DNA of 32,000 nt from Candidatus Korarchaeum cryptofilum OPF8. Lineage in GTDB: Archaea; Korarchaeota; Korarchaeia; Korarchaeales; Korarchaeaceae. The translations under genes and the position numbers were made by a program. The DNA lies in NCBI RefSeq assembly GCF_000019605.1, contig NC_010482.1, forward strand, positions 1,080,001 through 1,112,000. The letters run 5' to 3'. The notes beneath the pieces are model-generated. The model was given only the letters and a program-made list of their open reading frames with translations, did no database searches and was not told the DNA's origin. Shown here one piece after another: positions 1 to 8,226 of the stretch. Within the stretch, counting starts at the first letter, position 1. Every line of letters begins with the position of its first letter.

Positions 1-1
1 C

Positions 2-2137
2 TTCTCCTCTCTATCTAGAGCTCTGGGTAGCGAGGAGAGGAAGTTGGCGATGAAGCTGAGGAGGAACCCGAGTAAAGAAGATATAGGGAGGGCTAGGCAG
101 ATAATAGAGGACATCTTAAAGGATGAGGAGAAGATAAGCTCTATCTCGAGCTTGGCGGATGTTATTATAGATGTGAGGGGCAGGAGGATATTAATCCCGG
201 ATATAAGGACCTACCTTCAGGGATCCGGAAGGACATCTAGGCTATATCCTGGCGGAATTACGAGAGGAGCTAGCCTAGTTTGGGATGAGGATCCAGTTCT
301 CACCTCCTTCATCAAGAAAGCGAGGGCTCAGGAGATAGATTTCCTCCACCTGAGAGAGGTGGATCTGGAGAAGCTCAGATCTGAGATAGATGAGAGCAGA
401 AGAATCATATCCTCACTTAAGAAGGGATATGAGCTAGCTAATTTACTTAAGACAGCTCTTTTCATTGTTGAGAGCCCAAGCAAGGCCAGAACTATCGCTA
501 GCTTCTTTGGAAGGCCCAGTAGGAGATTCCTGGATGGTCTCATGGCTTATGAAGTGACTACAGGGGATTACGTGCTTACTATAGTCGCTAGCGGAGGGCA
601 CATCGTCGACCTAACGACTACTATGGGATATCATGGTGTCTTGATCGAGGATGGAACTTACGTGCCTGCCTACACTTCGATAAAGCGTTGTAATTCTTGC
701 GGCCATCAGTTCACCGATATGGATCGCTGCCCCAGGTGCGGTTCCACGGATCTTAGGGACAGCAGGAGCGTAGTGGAGAGCCTCAGAAGGCTCAGTTTCG
801 AGGCATCCAGGGTGATAATAGGGACGGATCCGGATACTGAGGGGGAGAAGATCGCCTGGGATATATACCAGCTAATAATGGATTCCTCCGGGGAGATATA
901 TAGAGCTGAATTTCACGAGGTGACTAAGAGAGCCATAATCGAGGCCCTAAAGTCCTTGAGGGGAATCAACGAGAGGATGGTCGAGGCTCAGATAGTCAGG
1001 AGGGTGGAGGATAGATGGATAGGGTTCGAACTGAGCGCTGAGGTTCAGAAGAGGTTCGGTAAGAGGAATCTATCGGCTGGAAGGGCCCAGACCCCCGTCT
1101 TAGGGTGGGTGATAGATAGATACAGGGAGCATCAGAATAAGAAGGTAGTGAGCATAATAAAAGGAGATGGACTTCTCCTGAGGGTAGATGGGAGGGTAGG
1201 AGAGGAAGGGGCATCTAAAATCTGGATAAGGGAGCTCAAAATAGAGGAGGAGGTAGTGAAGCCTCCTCCACCATTCACGACGGATGCTATGATAGGGGAG
1301 GCTAACAGGGTCCTGAGGATGAGCGCCAATATGACGATGCAATTAGCGCAATTCCTATTCGAGACGGGTCTCATAACTTACCATAGGACAGATAGCCCGA
1401 GGGTCAGTGATGCCGGCTTCAGAGTAGCCTCTTTAGTCCTGGGGGAGGACTTCGTCCCGAGGAAGTGGGGAGAAGGCGGAGCCCATGAGTGCATAAGGCC
1501 TACGAAACCCCTTTCAGCGAAGGAGCTCATCGATTACGTTAAGGAAGGGATAATTGCCGTGGAAGGCTTGAGTAAGGATCACATAAGGTTGTACGATCTG
1601 ATATTCAGGAGGTTCATCGCCTCCCAATCGAGAGATGGCACCTTAGTGAAGCAAGTAGCTAGCGTCAGAGTGGGGGAAAGCGAGTTCGAGGTGACGAGGT
1701 TGGTAGAGGCTAGGGGAGGGTGGATCGATTGGTATCCCTTCCTCCACATCACGGAGCCCAGGTTAAAGGAGGGGATGGTCGATGTCATCATAGAGCATCA
1801 GACGGTCCCATCGGTTCCCCTATACACTCAGAGTAACTTAGTGGCACTGATGAAGGAGAGGGGAATCGGAAGACCCTCAACTTACGCTACGATAGTTGAG
1901 AAGATACTTCAGAGGGGCTACGTTATAGAGAGGAATCAGAAGCTCATACCGACGAAGCTGGGGATAGAGGTATACAACTTCCTCAGGGATAGATTCCCCG
2001 ATCTGATAAGCGAGGAGAGGACTAGAACGCTGGAGAGGAAGATGGATAGCATTGAGGAGGGAGCTGCTGACTATCAGGAGCTCATAGATGAATTATATAA
2101 AGAAATTAGGGAGAAAATAGGGAAGTTTATTCACTGA
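2..2137 (+). CDS. rgy: Reverse gyrase, 3' ~2.1 kb (the 5' end lies left of the window): end of the helicase module plus a complete type IA topoisomerase module
   Basis: The frame is open from nt 2, with no stop upstream of the TTG/ATG at 44/50, so the gene enters from the left edge. It has SF2 helicase motif VI 'QGSGRTSRL', Toprim motifs 'LFIVESPSKARTIA' and 'GTDPDTEGEKIAW', a Cys4 zinc ribbon 'CNSCGH...CPRCGS' and the type IA catalytic-Tyr motif 'ITYHRTDS'. A helicase fused to topoisomerase IA is reverse gyrase. Confidence 0.93.
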   Translation, partial: FSSLSRALGSEERKLAMKLRRNPSKEDIGRARQIIEDILKDEEKISSISSLADVIIDVRGRRILIPDIRTYLQGSGRTSRLYPGGITRGASLVWDEDPVLTSFIKKARAQEIDFLHLREVDLEKLRSEIDESRRIISSLKKGYELANLLKTALFIVESPSKARTIASFFGRPSRRFLDGLMAYEVTTGDYVLTIVASGGHIVDLTTTMGYHGVLIEDGTYVPAYTSIKRCNSCGHQFTDMDRCPRCGSTDLRDSRSVVESLRRLSFEASRVIIGTDPDTEGEKIAWDIYQLIMDSSGEIYRAEFHEVTKRAIIEALKSLRGINERMVEAQIVRRVEDRWIGFELSAEVQKRFGKRNLSAGRAQTPVLGWVIDRYREHQNKKVVSIIKGDGLLLRVDGRVGEEGASKIWIRELKIEEEVVKPPPPFTTDAMIGEANRVLRMSANMTMQLAQFLFETGLITYHRTDSPRVSDAGFRVASLVLGEDFVPRKWGEGGAHECIRPTKPLSAKELIDYVKEGIIAVEGLSKDHIRLYDLIFRRFIASQSRDGTLVKQVASVRVGESEFEVTRLVEARGGWIDWYPFLHITEPRLKEGMVDVIIEHQTVPSVPLYTQSNLVALMKERGIGRPSTYATIVEKILQRGYVIERNQKLIPTKLGIEVYNFLRDRFPDLISEERTRTLERKMDSIEEGAADYQELIDELYKEIREKIGKFIH

Positions 2138-4979
2138 TTAGAACTAACTCGTCCCCTCTCAACTCCAATTTCTTCTCCTTATGCATCCTCATGAATCTCT
2201 CAAGTGCCGCTATCCTGAAGCTCGGGGGGACCATGGTGAGCATAGTGGCTGGGGCCTTTCCCCAGACTCTCAGCATTATATCTATTCTGTTCTCCACAGC
2301 CCCCCAGTTTTCTCTGAATATCTTCTCGGCCTCTTTAATTTCCTCAGTCAGTACTTTAAGGGACTGCTTAACTGAATTCACTAATCTCTCGGCTTCCTCG
2401 TAATTGCCCTCTTTGAGCCTCAGTTCAGCGGTAACTAAGGATGATTCAGCATCAACCAGCCTATATGGGGATAGTTCAAAGCCTAGTAGCTCTTCTATAT
2501 CAGCTAACCTGCTCTTAATCTCCTCGATCTTCATATTCAGCTCCCTTATTTCTCTCTCAATGGATTCCATTAGTTCAATCGGCACTGCCTTAGGGGCTTC
2601 TTCAGGCGGAACCTCCGGAATCTCTGGAGCCACCTCCTCCGGTAAAACCTCCGGAATCTCTGGAGCTTCTATCTTCTCCTCTATGCTCTCCCATCCCAGT
2701 GGGATTTCCTCGTGATATTCCTCAGCTTCCGGGACCTCTTCCACTTTGGGAGTTTCAACTACCTCAGGGACCTCCCTGGGGATCGGGGCTATCACCTCTA
2801 CCCTCTTCTTCGGTGGCCTGGGCCTCATTAGGAGGAGAGCTACCGCTAATGAGAGCAACAAGAGAGCTGCTGCCATGAGGTACTCCATCCTGATCTGCGG
2901 TATAGCTGATGTAGCCGATGTAGTTGTGAAATTTTGGGTTGTCTGGGTCACTGGAGGGGGCCTTACAACTACGACAGGCTTAGAGGATTCCTCTATCTTA
3001 GTACCATTGCTCAGGAGGACAGATATGAGCAACTGGAGACTCCCATTTACCTTAGGCTTGATGCTGAACCTCAGTGTTTGGGACTCCCCGGCAGCTAGGG
3101 GCATAGTCATCTTCTCATCGCTCGAGTTACCGAGCTCCGCTCTCACTATGAACTGCTCACCGTCCCTGTATCTATTCACGAGGGTCACGTTCAAATCGAG
3201 GCTCTCGTTTAAGTTCAGACTCGAGGGGGATTCTACCGATTCTATGATCTTACCCTTCTCTATCCTCATGTAGAGCATCTCATCCCTCAGCACTGAGCCA
3301 TCTCCAATTAAGAGGATCCTCGTATCCTCCGACACGCTCCTCGCGAAACTTTCAAGTTCAGCCTCAAATTCCTCCCCGTAACTCGAGCTGATCTCCTTTG
3401 TTACCTCATCTATGCCACTTCCAGTGAGCTTAAGGGTTAATTTAGTGAAGTTCCAACCATTTATACCTCTTACCCTAACTGTAAACTTCTCACCAACAAT
3501 CACGCTTTCAGGGGATTCGAAGCTCAAGGAAGGAATTACTGCGGGCCTCGTAGTTGTAGTAACGGTAACTCCGGGCTTTATGGATGTCCATTCCTCATTG
3601 CTCATCCCGATCACAGCATTTGGCGGGAACTTGAAGTCCCCCAGAATTAAGCCTATCGCTCCTTTGCCCGGTAGAAGCGTTGAAAATCTCGCTGAGCATT
3701 CCCCTGGACCTATGGATCCTATTGCCTTCTCACCTACCTGATTAGCGTCCTTATCGAGTGTATAAATCCTCAAGGATTCTCTAGATCCTGAGGAGGCTGT
3801 GCTACACACGTAGCCCTCAATTAAGTAACCTCCGCTCTCTTCCTTCAGATCCAAGATCTTTATAGTGAGTTCCGGAAATCTAATTAGATGTAATACTCCT
3901 GAATAATCGAAGAGAGCTATCCCATAGCCCCTATTTTTGGGATCCTTGAATATATAGGGATCGCTCCCGATACCTCCCTCGATCCTGACCTCGGAGAGCA
4001 TTATCCCGAGGGGGAAGTGATACTCCCTCACTAATCCCTTTCCGAAGTAAAATAGAGCATTCTCCATTATTATTGGCTGCTTCACCGGCTCAATCCATGT
4101 TTTTATCGATCTCTTTATCTCCATCTTCTTCAGATCTACCTGATATATTACCCCGCTCGATCCGACGAGCACAGCGGCTCCTCCTACGATTTGAAATTCC
4201 CCTGATGGTACGCTATATCCCAACTGATTCGAGAGATCCATCTTGGAGAGATGAGTCCCCTTTTTCGCATCCATCAGCACCAGTGTCTTATTTTCAAGTA
4301 GAATTGCCAGATAGCTTGAGCTCGCACCGAAAGCCTCTATCCTCTGGTTCAACTTCCTCTCCCATATAATCTCTCCCTTGGGGCTGAGAAGCGCTAGATC
4401 GTTCCTCCCCAGGACGAGCAAACTATCTCCCAAGTTTTTGAGGAAATTTATCCTGAATGTTAGATTTTTGAACCAGAGTTCGGATCTCGATCTTACATCG
4501 AACGCTTGAATGGAGCTCTGTAGGGGAAGGAATACGGTCCTACCATCCCCAGCGTACGCGGGCTGAATCCCGGCCGATGTCGATGGTAGAGCTACTCCAT
4601 ATAACCTCAGCCCTCCATTAAAAGCATCCAATGCCCTCAGCTCGGGAGCTTCTGTTAGAGCTATTACCCAAGCCTCCTTCTTCGTTGGGCTGAGAGGGAC
4701 ATCCGGGACTAAGAGGAGCGGGGTAGCTATGAAGCCACCGACGTTCTGTGACCAGAGCACTTTACCATCTGTGGAGACAGCTACTACATCGCTCCCCTGA
4801 CCTCCGGTCGCGTAAATCGTGTAATTGTATACTATGGGCTTTGGGATGCTGAACATGGGCTTTGAACTGTAAATCCTCAAACTGAAAACTTCTGAGGGAG
4901 AGAAGTCGTGGCAATAAACGCTCAATGTATTAGCACTCGCTAGCAAAAGTATTATAATGAGGGCCAGCGCTCTCTTCAT
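2127..4979 (-). CDS. Large bitopic surface protein: signal peptide, PQQ-like beta-propeller, Ig/CARDB-like beta domains, Thr-rich stalk, one TM helix and a 232-aa acidic/coiled-coil cytoplasmic tail
   Basis: A 950-aa ORF. The N-terminus 'MKRALALIIILLLASANTLSVYC' looks like a signal peptide. Repeated blade-like motifs occur ('VAVSTDGKVLWSQN', 'IQAFDVRSRSELWFKN', 'LALLSPKGEIIWERKL', 'LVLMDAKKGTHL'). A Thr-rich 'TQTTQNFTTTSATS' stalk precedes the TM helix 'YLMAAALLLLSLAVALLLM' (nt 2826-2882), which is followed by 'RPRPPKKR'. All 10 N-x-S/T sequons lie N-terminal to the TM helix and none lie in the tail. Confidence 0.8.
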   Translation of the reverse strand: MKRALALIIILLLASANTLSVYCHDFSPSEVFSLRIYSSKPMFSIPKPIVYNYTIYATGGQGSDVVAVSTDGKVLWSQNVGGFIATPLLLVPDVPLSPTKKEAWVIALTEAPELRALDAFNGGLRLYGVALPSTSAGIQPAYAGDGRTVFLPLQSSIQAFDVRSRSELWFKNLTFRINFLKNLGDSLLVLGRNDLALLSPKGEIIWERKLNQRIEAFGASSSYLAILLENKTLVLMDAKKGTHLSKMDLSNQLGYSVPSGEFQIVGGAAVLVGSSGVIYQVDLKKMEIKRSIKTWIEPVKQPIIMENALFYFGKGLVREYHFPLGIMLSEVRIEGGIGSDPYIFKDPKNRGYGIALFDYSGVLHLIRFPELTIKILDLKEESGGYLIEGYVCSTASSGSRESLRIYTLDKDANQVGEKAIGSIGPGECSARFSTLLPGKGAIGLILGDFKFPPNAVIGMSNEEWTSIKPGVTVTTTTRPAVIPSLSFESPESVIVGEKFTVRVRGINGWNFTKLTLKLTGSGIDEVTKEISSSYGEEFEAELESFARSVSEDTRILLIGDGSVLRDEMLYMRIEKGKIIESVESPSSLNLNESLDLNVTLVNRYRDGEQFIVRAELGNSSDEKMTMPLAAGESQTLRFSIKPKVNGSLQLLISVLLSNGTKIEESSKPVVVVRPPPVTQTTQNFTTTSATSAIPQIRMEYLMAAALLLLSLAVALLLMRPRPPKKRVEVIAPIPREVPEVVETPKVEEVPEAEEYHEEIPLGWESIEEKIEAPEIPEVLPEEVAPEIPEVPPEEAPKAVPIELMESIEREIRELNMKIEEIKSRLADIEELLGFELSPYRLVDAESSLVTAELRLKEGNYEEAERLVNSVKQSLKVLTEEIKEAEKIFRENWGAVENRIDIMLRVWGKAPATMLTMVPPSFRIAALERFMRMHKEKKLELRGDELVLISE
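2611..2666. repeat. Perfect 20-nt direct repeat (ACCTCCGGAATCTCTGGAGC) at 2611-2630 and 2647-2666, period 36 nt, coding
   Basis: Read directly from the sequence. On the minus strand it encodes the duplicated 'APEIPEV' unit in the cytoplasmic tail of the 950-aa protein. Confidence 0.9.
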
Positions 4980-5071
4980 GACTATCTTCCCTTTATAGGG
5001 GCGACTCCCTTTAAAAGGGATTCCCCCATTTTAATGCGTGCATATTATCCTCATATGCCTCCTGAACCCTA

Positions 5072-6781
5072 TCAGTCATGCGATAATATGAAGGTCAGGG
5101 GGTCCCTTCTGTCCAATCTAGCGAAGCCGACCCTCACGAACTGGACTATCTCGCCCTCCTTTATTCCCCTCAAGGCCGGCTCACCGTAACCCCCGAGCAT
5201 CCTGAAGCTGTAAGGACTCTCGGGGACGAAGAGCCTAGCTGGGACTCCATTCCTGACCGGTGCCCACTGTATTATCTTCACACCCTTAACTCTCTGTTCC
5301 TCGCTCACTCTTAGGGAGACCTCGTCGGGATTCACGCTCCTGATGGTTACATTGACCAAGCCCCTCAACCTGAGCTCATCTCCAGGCTTCAGGCCCTCCA
5401 GATCTGACGAGGCTATGAAGACCTCGCTCTCATCCAGCCTTATCTCCCTCTTCCTCTTCGAATCGGGATGTACTTCCACTTGAGCTATTACCGGCGGTGT
5501 CAGGCCCTCTATCTTAGCTTTTATCGGGTTCGGAACGAACATATACCTCTCAGCTATTGGATCCAGTATCTTCCTGTTTATCGAAGCTATGGCCTCCATG
5601 TTGACAGTAGCATCCACTTTGCTCGGCCCCAGTTCATAGAAGAACCTTACTATAGCTCTGGGATTTATCCCCCTCCTGAAGAGCCCCCTCAGCGTGGGTA
5701 TCCTCGGATCGTCCCATCCCTCTAAGATACCGCTCTCCACCAAGGGCCTTATGTACCTCTTGGAGAGAGGTATTCCCTCTACGGTTATCCTGCCGAACTG
5801 GATCATCTCATATTCCCTCAACCCCAAAGCTCTCACTATGTGCCTCTGAACATCTACATGAGGCTCGAATTCCTTGCTCCTGAAGGCGTGAGTCACGCCC
5901 GTCAATGAGTCCATGACGCTAACTGAGAAATCGTAGACAGGGTAAACCCTGTACTTATCCCCGTGTATCGGGTGCTCGGCTTCTATCACTCTGAATATCC
6001 CGGGATCCCTCATCGTGACATTTGGATGGCTCATGTCCGTCTTCAGCCTGAGATGAGCCTCTCCCTCCCTGAAGCCGCCATTGAGCATCTTCTCCCAAAG
6101 TTCCAAATTCTTCTCGATTGGTTGATCCCTGTGATCGCAGCTTATCCCTAGCTTCCTCCTCTTCCTGACTTCAGCTGCTGGGCATGTGCAAACGTAAGCC
6201 TTGCCTGCCTCTATGAGCTTCTTAGCGAGGGAGTACATCTCCTCTAAGTGATAGGACTCTATTATCTCCTCATCCCACCTGCCAGGGGAGAGGCCGAGCT
6301 CCTCCTCGCATGCTTCGAGGAGGCGTGAGAACTCGTTCCTTATCGCTTCGTAATACTCTAGCCTCTCCACTCTGGGGTTTGTGTCCTCGAACCTCAGGAG
6401 GAATTTGCCATCGTAGAGCCTAGCGTATATGAAGGGGACGAGGAGCCCTTTAGCATGTCCGAGCGTTGGATAACCGTTGGGCTCTGGAGCTACCCTGGTG
6501 ACGACCTTTCCCCTCTCAGCTTTAGGTAGATCGGGCCACTTCCTCACCTCCTCCTTCTTCTCCTTCTTCACTTCCCCCACTATGCCCTCCAGCGCCTCCT
6601 TGGGCATCTCATTCACTGCTCGGACCGCTTCCTCCACTAGGGGGATCAGTTCCCTCACGTTTTGCTTGAGGTCCGGTCTCATGTATAATATTTTTCCTAT
6701 TACAGCTTTAGTATCTGCTTTTCCATACTTAAGAGCGTTCTCAGCAGCCAATCTCACTATTAGCTCCTTAACATCCTCCAT
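5072..6781 (-). CDS. gltX: Glutamyl-tRNA synthetase, archaeal/eukaryal type
   Basis: Class I aaRS signature 'PEPNGYPTLGHAKG' followed by 'LRFEDTNP', and a KMSKS-like 'IPLSKR'. The 569-aa length and C-terminal anticodon-binding beta-barrel region are typical of archaeal GluRS. Confidence 0.9.
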   Translation of the reverse strand: MEDVKELIVRLAAENALKYGKADTKAVIGKILYMRPDLKQNVRELIPLVEEAVRAVNEMPKEALEGIVGEVKKEKKEEVRKWPDLPKAERGKVVTRVAPEPNGYPTLGHAKGLLVPFIYARLYDGKFLLRFEDTNPRVERLEYYEAIRNEFSRLLEACEEELGLSPGRWDEEIIESYHLEEMYSLAKKLIEAGKAYVCTCPAAEVRKRRKLGISCDHRDQPIEKNLELWEKMLNGGFREGEAHLRLKTDMSHPNVTMRDPGIFRVIEAEHPIHGDKYRVYPVYDFSVSVMDSLTGVTHAFRSKEFEPHVDVQRHIVRALGLREYEMIQFGRITVEGIPLSKRYIRPLVESGILEGWDDPRIPTLRGLFRRGINPRAIVRFFYELGPSKVDATVNMEAIASINRKILDPIAERYMFVPNPIKAKIEGLTPPVIAQVEVHPDSKRKREIRLDESEVFIASSDLEGLKPGDELRLRGLVNVTIRSVNPDEVSLRVSEEQRVKGVKIIQWAPVRNGVPARLFVPESPYSFRMLGGYGEPALRGIKEGEIVQFVRVGFARLDRRDPLTFILSHD

Positions 6782-6808
6782 GATGATCGTGTATGCTTGG
6801 GCTCCAAT

Positions 6809-6818
6809 GATATTAAAT
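6809..6818. promoter_or_regulatory. Candidate shared TATA-like box (ATATTAAATT) in the divergent GluRS / methyltransferase spacer
   Basis: This is the only AT-rich element in the 57-nt spacer. It lies about 21-30 nt upstream of ATG 6839 (+) and about 28-37 nt upstream of ATG 6781 (-), which is consistent with short-leader or leaderless archaeal transcripts. Motif and position only. Confidence 0.3.
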
Positions 6819-6838
6819 TGAGCCCGCCCCGATTCGCG

Positions 6839-7786
6839 ATGGAATTCGGTATACCCGAGGGCCTGATAAAACCGGAGTTCGAGAGGAGGTATAGGGAGCT
6901 CCTAGGGGATGAGTATGAGACCTTCCTATCATTCATGGCCAAGAGGCCGGTCCCGAGCATAAGGGTAAATCCTATGAAGATCGATCCGGAATGGCTCCTC
7001 TCAGTTCTGAGAGCTAACGGATGGGAGCTCTCCCAGATACCTTGGTACGGATATGGTTATAGGGTAATAAGGGGCCCCGAAAGACTTGGAAATACTGAAT
7101 GGCATCAGTTAGGCCTTTATTATGTCCAGGAAGCTGCATCCATGGTGCCCCCTGTTCTCCTCTCACCTAAGCCCGGTGAGAGAGTGCTGGATTTAGCAGC
7201 TTCCCCGGGATCCAAGGCGACGCAGATATCGGAGATGATGCTATACAAAGGGTTGGTCGTAGCCAATGATGTGAGCCCGGAGAGGGTGGATTCCCTATCA
7301 TCCAACGTCCAGAGGATGGGCTCTATGAACGTAGTGGTCACTATGTTCGATGGCAGGAGGGCTCCGGATGTGCTGGGAAGGGAGTCCTTCGATAAGGTGC
7401 TCCTAGACAGCCCTTGCAGCTCACTCGGGGAGGTTAGGAGGAGCTGGGGAGCTCTAGCTAGATGGAGCCCCAGGAACGTTGAGAAGATATCGAGGCTCCA
7501 AGTCTCCCTAGCTAAAGCTGCTTACGAGACCTTGAAGCCCGGAGGGCTGATGGTCTACTCCACTTGCACGTTCGAGCCGAAGGAAAATGAGTGGGTCGTT
7601 TATAAATTGCTCGAGATCGGAGCGGTAATTGAGGAGCCCGAAGTTAAGGGGCTGGTCTGGAGGAAGGGGTTGAGGAAATGGATGGATTGGGATTTCGGGA
7701 ACGAGATGGAGAAGTGCATGAGGATATACCCTCAGGACAACGATACGATAGGGTTCTTCATAGCGGTACTGAGGAAGCCAGGGTGA
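6839..7786 (+). CDS. RNA (cytosine-C5)-methyltransferase, NOL1/NOP2/Sun family (RsmF/Trm4-like catalytic module)
   Basis: SAM-binding 'VLDLAASPGSKATQ', motif IV 'DSPCSSLG' and motif VI 'YSTCTFEPKENE' with both catalytic Cys residues, and an RsmF-like N-terminal pre-domain. I prefer ATG 6839 over the track's TTG 6797 because the only TATA-like box (6809-6818) would otherwise fall inside the CDS. Confidence 0.85.
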   Translation: MEFGIPEGLIKPEFERRYRELLGDEYETFLSFMAKRPVPSIRVNPMKIDPEWLLSVLRANGWELSQIPWYGYGYRVIRGPERLGNTEWHQLGLYYVQEAASMVPPVLLSPKPGERVLDLAASPGSKATQISEMMLYKGLVVANDVSPERVDSLSSNVQRMGSMNVVVTMFDGRRAPDVLGRESFDKVLLDSPCSSLGEVRRSWGALARWSPRNVEKISRLQVSLAKAAYETLKPGGLMVYSTCTFEPKENEWVVYKLLEIGAVIEEPEVKGLVWRKGLRKWMDWDFGNEMEKCMRIYPQDNDTIGFFIAVLRKPG

Positions 7787-8193
7787 AGGAGTTCCTAGAA
7801 TGGGTGAAGGATTGGTTCGGATCTGAGATCTCAGGGGTGGAATTATTCCCATCAGGGAAGGATAAGATCAGAGCATGCTCTCCTGAGGCGAAGGTCGAGA
7901 TTAGTAATGTCTTCCTGAGGGGAGTCTACGTAGCGAAGAGAGCGCCTTACGGTTTCATAATAAGCATAGAAGGATCCTTCATCATAGGGAGGAGCGCGAA
8001 GAGGCATTTAGTGGATTTAAGCGAATCTGATTTCAGGAGATGGATGCGTGGAGATTATATAGAGCTAAAACTACCTGAGAAGGGTGTCTATATAGTGAGA
8101 TACGGTGAGGTCTTCGCCGGCTCCGGATACTACGATGGGAGAGTCCTCAGGAACTTGATACCGAAGGTGAGGACTCTCGAGAGGGAGGGATAG
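7783..8193 (+). CDS. Stand-alone RsmF-type C-terminal (PUA-like) RNA-binding domain protein
   Basis: The ORF is open from 7678. GTG 7783 overlaps the methyltransferase stop (GTGA at 7783-7786). The C-terminus 'KGVYIVRYGEVFAGSGYYDGRVLRNLIPKVR' matches the pattern I recall for the PUA-like domain that ends RsmF-type methyltransferases (G-x-vlv-y-g-x-x-lG-x-g-x-x-x-g-x-lkN-x-yPk). The start codon is uncertain (ATG 7678 or GTG 7783). Confidence 0.6.
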   Translation: MKEFLEWVKDWFGSEISGVELFPSGKDKIRACSPEAKVEISNVFLRGVYVAKRAPYGFIISIEGSFIIGRSAKRHLVDLSESDFRRWMRGDYIELKLPEKGVYIVRYGEVFAGSGYYDGRVLRNLIPKVRTLEREG

Positions 8194-8226
8194 CAAAGTT
8201 TATCATGGGATGAGGGGAATCCATTT

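Noticed and set aside
1-53. An apparent reverse gyrase start at TTG 44 / ATG 50, suggesting a split or truncated reverse gyrase with an upstream ORF ending at TGA 51-53 (ATGA-like overlap).
   Set aside because: Re-reading the codons shows the reverse gyrase frame (positions 2, 5, 8 ...) has no stop back to nt 2. The track start is just the first start-like codon. The gene simply enters from the left edge.
1015-1035. 'GGGTTCGAAC', a tRNA T-arm-like string.
   Set aside because: It lies inside the reverse gyrase CDS with no surrounding acceptor or anticodon stem complementarity. No tRNA can be folded, and no spacer in the window is long and GC-rich enough for a tRNA.
2611-2666. Direct repeats considered as a possible mini-CRISPR or mobile-element terminus.
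   Set aside because: There are only two copies, they are in frame within a CDS, and they encode a duplicated peptide unit. There is no spacer-repeat periodicity beyond that and no cas genes.
2181-4369. Plus-strand ORFs of 64-175 aa (2181, 2191, 2404, 2746, 3412, 4073).
   Set aside because: All lie antisense to the 950-aa gene. They are Ser/Leu/Thr-rich and low-complexity, typical of shadow frames, and have no start context or recognisable motifs.
4991-5020. 'CCCTTTAAAAGGG' and 'CTTTATAGG' upstream of the 950-aa gene, considered as a defined promoter or operator.
   Set aside because: They are plausibly TATA-like, but the two boxes sit at about -14 to -19 and about -29 to -41 from the ATG, so the actual box and TSS are ambiguous. 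They are not reported as a feature.
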